From NCBI GenBank assembly GCA_963770895.1, contig CAVYRF010000002.1:4096001-4160000 (forward strand): 64,000 nucleotides of DNA, written 5' to 3'. The stretch is from an uncultured Acidobacteriota bacterium. Lineage in GTDB: Bacteria > Acidobacteriota > Thermoanaerobaculia > Multivoradales > UBA5704. The notes beneath the pieces were generated by a model. It was not told where the DNA came from, made no database searches, and saw only the letters and a program-made list of their open reading frames with translations. This document shows positions 59,856 through 64,000 of the stretch, one piece after another. The translations under genes were made by a program, and so were the position numbers. The stretch's first letter is position 1, and each line of letters begins with the position of its first letter.

Positions 59856-60935
59856 ATGGAAGACTTTGTGAAGGCCCTGGTCAAGCTCTACGAGCTTATT
59901 AGTGATAGCGCTGTTTCGACGCTACTGGCAATGACCGGCTTCTTGGTATTCGTGGTGGCGATCCTCCTGCTGCACCACCAGTCGAAGGCCAGGCCAGAGG
60001 AGGTCGCCAGGTGGCATCGGCCGTTGTTGCTCTCTTCCCTCGCGATCGCCCTGCTGCTGTCGATCGCGGCGCCGTCGCTGCGCATGCTGGAGATTTCGCG
60101 GAGCCGTGCCGAGCCCACACGCTACGCGTCCACCCGGTCGGCGATTCTTGGAGACCTCTATGCCAACAAGAAGGTCTATTGGTTGGTGCGCTTGATCCCT
60201 TACACCCCCGCCAGTCGAGACTTCCTCAACATCAGCAAGATCAAGAATCTGGGGCGATGTGACCCGGATACCTGTGGCGGCACCTGCAAGCAGCAGTATG
60301 TTTTTGTCGCCGACTACGCTGAGCTGCGCGGGCTCACGGCGGAGCAGGCAGTCCTGAAGGTAGGCGGATCGATGGACGAGGTCATCGGAGTATCGGCAGT
60401 ATTTTTCCCCCTTCACAACCATGACCTTTTTCCTGCCACCGCGCGCGGGCTTCTGCAGCTGGTGGAACGGGTCGACAATGTCTGCAAGGGGACCGCGAAC
60501 TATGTCAACTTCCCCATGACCCTGCTGCCAGCCGAAGTCACAGACCTCGAAATCAAGAAGATCCCTAGTTACAACTGGGACCAGTCCAAACGTTATTACC
60601 AGCACTACTGTCAGATTGCCCAAAAATTTCGCTGCGCCGGCGACGACAAGAAATCCTACTCGGCGCTAGAGCATATCGGCAGCTTGTCGAGTGACTGGCA
60701 CCCTTTGGGTTTCTCGCGCACAAAGCCAGACTATGACCCTTGTGACATGCGGGACATTCCGTGTTCGATCTCCAGCTGGGGGCCGCGCAACCCGCCGGTG
60801 GAGGATGTCGGCGCACGTGTTTTCCTGATCCAGAACTTCAGCCTTGATCAACTGAGCGGCAGGATATTGATTGATTTCAATAATCCGAGCCGCCAGTTGA
60901 TGCCGGAGATCGACGAGCGGCTCGATACCCTGTAG
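59856..60935 (+). CDS. Hypothetical membrane-anchored, Cys-containing protein
   Basis: GGAG RBS; two N-terminal TM segments; eight Cys in the soluble part; lower GC than flanks. Confidence 0.7.
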   Translation: MEDFVKALVKLYELISDSAVSTLLAMTGFLVFVVAILLLHHQSKARPEEVARWHRPLLLSSLAIALLLSIAAPSLRMLEISRSRAEPTRYASTRSAILGDLYANKKVYWLVRLIPYTPASRDFLNISKIKNLGRCDPDTCGGTCKQQYVFVADYAELRGLTAEQAVLKVGGSMDEVIGVSAVFFPLHNHDLFPATARGLLQLVERVDNVCKGTANYVNFPMTLLPAEVTDLEIKKIPSYNWDQSKRYYQHYCQIAQKFRCAGDDKKSYSALEHIGSLSSDWHPLGFSRTKPDYDPCDMRDIPCSISSWGPRNPPVEDVGARVFLIQNFSLDQLSGRILIDFNNPSRQLMPEIDERLDTL

Positions 60936-61031
60936 TGCCGTCTACTGGCTTGAAAGCGTTGCCGGCCACCTGCGCCAAGAGCCGCCTGATTCGTATCTGC
61001 AGTCCGATTGAGTGAAAGGGGCACTTGTGCC

Positions 61032-61298
61032 ATGGCGACCCTAACGATTCGCTTGCCCGATGAGAAGCACGAGAAGCTGCGCCAGCTTGCAATTCGCCGC
61101 AAGATCAGCATCAACAAGCTGATGGAAGAGCTGTCGACCATTGCCCTGACCGACTTCGACGCGGAAACCCGGTTTCGTGCTCGCGCCGCGCTCGGATCGC
61201 CGCGAGAAGGGTTACGGATGCTGGAGCCCCTTGCCGATGAGCCTACGGCCGATCCAGTGCCGAGCAAGGGAAGGACGGCGCGGCGCCGGACGCCTTGA
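61032..61298 (+). CDS. Ribbon-helix-helix (HicB/CopG-like) antitoxin, no toxin adjacent
   Basis: MATLTIRLPDEKHEKLRQLA..RKISINKLMEEL...FDAETRFRARAA.GS. Confidence 0.7.
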   Translation: MATLTIRLPDEKHEKLRQLAIRRKISINKLMEELSTIALTDFDAETRFRARAALGSPREGLRMLEPLADEPTADPVPSKGRTARRRTP

Positions 61299-61835
61299 GG
61301 CTCTCCCTCAACGAAGCGGGGCGGGCTTGATGGTCGCCTCGAACAGAGCCGCCATGGTGCCGCGGCGGTCGCTCCTCCGGCTGCTTTCCACCTGGGAGCC
61401 TCTCGACGAGAGCCTGCCGGCGATCGACGAGCTTGGGCCGGTCGAGGATGTGGAGCTCGGTGGTGGGATAACAAACGTGGCTGTTGCGCGTATCCCTGGT
61501 TCGGGGGTATAAGGCTGGTGCGGGGCGAAAGGGGGGCGTAACAGGATGGTGACATTGGGTGGGCGCCCGGCACAAAGCGGTAAACCGGTGTATAGTTCTC
61601 CGGCGAACGAGATTCAGGCTTGGCGGGTCGAGCGCGCGAACCGTACGCGGCTGACTGGTTGGGCCTGATCCGAACGAGCTGTTGCGCCGCAGCTGTCGCG
61701 TACACCGCGACAACCATCGCGATCCTTCGTTGGCTGACCGCGTCTCTGGCGAGGCTGCGGCTTGTGCGCTCCGATCGATGCGAGCCCTGTGCGCGCGCCG
61801 GCTTTCCGTCGTTCGCCGCTACCATGGAGCCTTAC

Positions 61836-63086
61836 ATGCACTTCTTGCGATTTCCGGTTTCACGCCGCCCGCTGCCGGTCCGAGCGCTGGCGCTGTGTGG
61901 GTTGTCGATGCTGGCGCTGCTGGCCGCTGCGTGCGGCGGTGGCGCACCCGGTGGCGCCGGCGCGGCGGGCGGCCCCGGCGGGGCGCCGCAGGCGCTGCCG
62001 GTGCCGATCACCACGGTGACCGATACCGATCTGCGCGACGCGAGCGAATACGTGGCGACGCTCAAGTCGCGCCACACCTCCGCGGTCCAGCCGCAGGTCG
62101 AAGGCGTGCTGACGCGGATCTTCGTCAAGTCGGGCGACCGCGTGGCCGCCGGCGCGCCGCTGATGCAGATCGATCCTGAAAAGCAGCGCGCCACGGTGCG
62201 CAGCCAGGAGGCTTCGCGCGAGCTCAAGGCGGCGGCGCTCAACTACGCCCGCCAGCAGAAGGAGCGCATGGAGACGCTGTACAAGGGCGGCGCCGCCAGC
62301 AAGCAGCAGCTGGACGAAGCGCAGTCGGGGCTGGACCAGGCGCAGGCCGACTACAACTCCCTGGGGGCGCAGGTGCGCGAACAGGAGGTGCAGCTGGGCT
62401 ACTTCAAGGTGGTGGCGCCGAGCGCCGGCGTGATCGGCGACATCCCGGTGCGCACCGGCGACCGCGTGACGACGGCGACGCTGCTGACCACGATCGACCA
62501 GAACGACGCTCTGGAAGCCTACATCTCGGTGCCGATCGAGCGCGCCAAAGACCTGCGGCTGGGCCTGCCGGTGCAGATCCTGGGCGACAAGGGCGAGGAG
62601 CTGGCGGCGACGCAGGTCTACTTCATCGCGCCGCAGGTGGACGATCAGACCCAGCAGGTGCTGGTCAAGGCGCCGGTGCCGAACGGCAAGAACGGCCTGC
62701 GCGCCGACCAGTTCGTGCGGGCGCGGGTGGTGTGGGCCAACCACCGCGGCCCGGTGGTGCCGGTACTGGCGGTGACGCGGGTCAACGGCCAGTACTTCAT
62801 TTTCGCCGCCGAACCGGGCGGCCCCAACGGCGCCATGGTGGCGCGGCAGAAGCCGGTCAAGCTGGGCGACGTGGTGGGCGACGACTACGTGGTGCAGTCC
62901 GGCCTTGCGGCCGGCGACAAGATCGTCTCTTCCGGAGTGCAGAAGCTGTTCGAAGGGATGCCGATCGTCGCCATGCCGGCGCAGCCCCCGGCTGCGGCCG
63001 CTCCGGCCTCTCCCGGCGCCGCCCCGGCCGCGCCGGGCTCCGGAGGGTCCGGTTCCGGCTCCTCTCCCCAGGCGCCGGGCGCCTGA
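61836..63086 (+). CDS. RND efflux periplasmic adaptor (membrane fusion protein)
   Basis: Lipobox LLAAAC; VQPQVEG....IFVKSGDRV.AG.PL.QID; VAPSAGVIG; V.LG.......V.SGL..GDKIV..G.QKL. Confidence 0.92.
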   Translation: MHFLRFPVSRRPLPVRALALCGLSMLALLAAACGGGAPGGAGAAGGPGGAPQALPVPITTVTDTDLRDASEYVATLKSRHTSAVQPQVEGVLTRIFVKSGDRVAAGAPLMQIDPEKQRATVRSQEASRELKAAALNYARQQKERMETLYKGGAASKQQLDEAQSGLDQAQADYNSLGAQVREQEVQLGYFKVVAPSAGVIGDIPVRTGDRVTTATLLTTIDQNDALEAYISVPIERAKDLRLGLPVQILGDKGEELAATQVYFIAPQVDDQTQQVLVKAPVPNGKNGLRADQFVRARVVWANHRGPVVPVLAVTRVNGQYFIFAAEPGGPNGAMVARQKPVKLGDVVGDDYVVQSGLAAGDKIVSSGVQKLFEGMPIVAMPAQPPAAAAPASPGAAPAAPGSGGSGSGSSPQAPGA

Positions 63087-63110
63087 GATCGCCGAGCGGA
63101 GAGCAAAGCC

Positions 63111-64000
63111 ATGGCTGACTTCTTTCTACGGAGACCCGTCTTCGCGACGGTCTGCGCGCTGCTCATCATCCTTGCCGGCGCGGTGAGCATCCCGACGCTG
63201 CCGATCGCGCAATATCCGACGCTGGCGCCGCCGCAGATCCAGGTGACCAGCGTCTACACCGGCGCCAACGCCCAGACCGTCGAATCCGCCGTCACCCTGC
63301 CGCTCGAACAGCAGATCAACGGCGCCGAGGGGATGCGCTACCTCACCTCGACCAGCGGCAACGACGGTACCAGCATCATCACCGCCGTCTTCGACATCAA
63401 CCGCAGCATCGACCTGGCGGCGGTGGACGTCGAAAACCGCGTGTCGATCGCGTCGGGACGCTTGCCGAACGAAGTCAAGACGACCGGCGTCACGATCAGC
63501 AAGACCTCCAGCGCCATCGTGCTGGTGGTCGGCGTCTACTCGGAGCACGGCGAATACGACGCCCTGTTCATGAGCAACTACGTCGACGTGTACCTCAAGG
63601 ACGCGCTCAAGCGCATCAAGGGCGTCTCCGACGTGCAGATCTTTGCCGAGCGCAAGTATGCGATGCGCGTCTGGCTGGATCCGGTGCTGCTGGCCAGCCG
63701 CAAGGTGACCGCCTCGGACGTCACCGCGGCGCTGCGCGAACAAAACGTCGAGGTGGCGGCGGGCGCGGTGGGACTGCCGCCGGCGCCCCAGGGACAGCAG
63801 TTCCAGATCAGCGTGCGCGCCGTCGGCCGCCTGTCGGAGCCGGCCGAGTTCGGCAACATCATCGTCAAGGCGCAGCCCGACGGGACGCTGGTCAAGCTCA
63901 AGGACGTCGGCCGCGTCGACCTGGGATCGGAGTCCTACTCCAGCAACCTCACCTTCAACGGCCTGCCTTCGGTCGGCTTCGCCGTGTTCCAGCTGCCGAG
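63111..64000 (+). CDS. RND efflux permease (AcrB/HAE1 family), 3'-truncated by window
   Basis: Reads MADFFLRRPVFATV...LPIAQYPTLAPPQIQV...YTGANAQTVESAVTLPLEQQING; absent from the ORF track because there is no stop in the window. Confidence 0.92.
   Translation, partial: MADFFLRRPVFATVCALLIILAGAVSIPTLPIAQYPTLAPPQIQVTSVYTGANAQTVESAVTLPLEQQINGAEGMRYLTSTSGNDGTSIITAVFDINRSIDLAAVDVENRVSIASGRLPNEVKTTGVTISKTSSAIVLVVGVYSEHGEYDALFMSNYVDVYLKDALKRIKGVSDVQIFAERKYAMRVWLDPVLLASRKVTASDVTAALREQNVEVAAGAVGLPPAPQGQQFQISVRAVGRLSEPAEFGNIIVKAQPDGTLVKLKDVGRVDLGSESYSSNLTFNGLPSVGFAVFQLP

Overview
Very GC-rich bacterial DNA, probably Acidobacteriota (inferred from an ADOP-type duplicated orphan permease). About the first 43 kb is a biosynthetic gene cluster. 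It opens with the 3' end of one NRPS (A-T-C-A-T-TE, split by a +1 frameshift), followed by a VapBC-like pair with an IS630 inserted at the toxin stop codon and a luciferase-like monooxygenase embedded in a dead adenylation-domain shell. Next is a 7472-aa NRPS (ACP-C-A[Ser]-T-T-C-[A remnant]-T-C-A[unknown]-T-C-A[Thr]-T-C-A[Ser]+FkbM methyltransferase-T-C-A[Asp-like]-T-TE). An AraC gene then precedes a tailoring operon: cupin/pseudo-MetRS, FAD oxidase, Lys/Orn N-hydroxylase, MetRS-like protein, flavin halogenase and permease. The top candidate novel system is this operon. It looks like an N-N-bond (hydrazine) forming cassette with an unusual split architecture (cupin fused to a catalytically eroded MetRS paralog plus a separate intact MetRS-like enzyme), coupled to an irregular NRPS. 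The rest of the window holds TA remnants, an aldo/keto reductase, a di-heme protein, PilZ, dynamin-like, DUF6600-like lipoprotein, a LodA/GoxA-LodB pair, acetyl-CoA synthetase, an SPFH protein and the start of an RND efflux operon. All family calls and A-domain codes were read by eye from motifs; no database searches were run.
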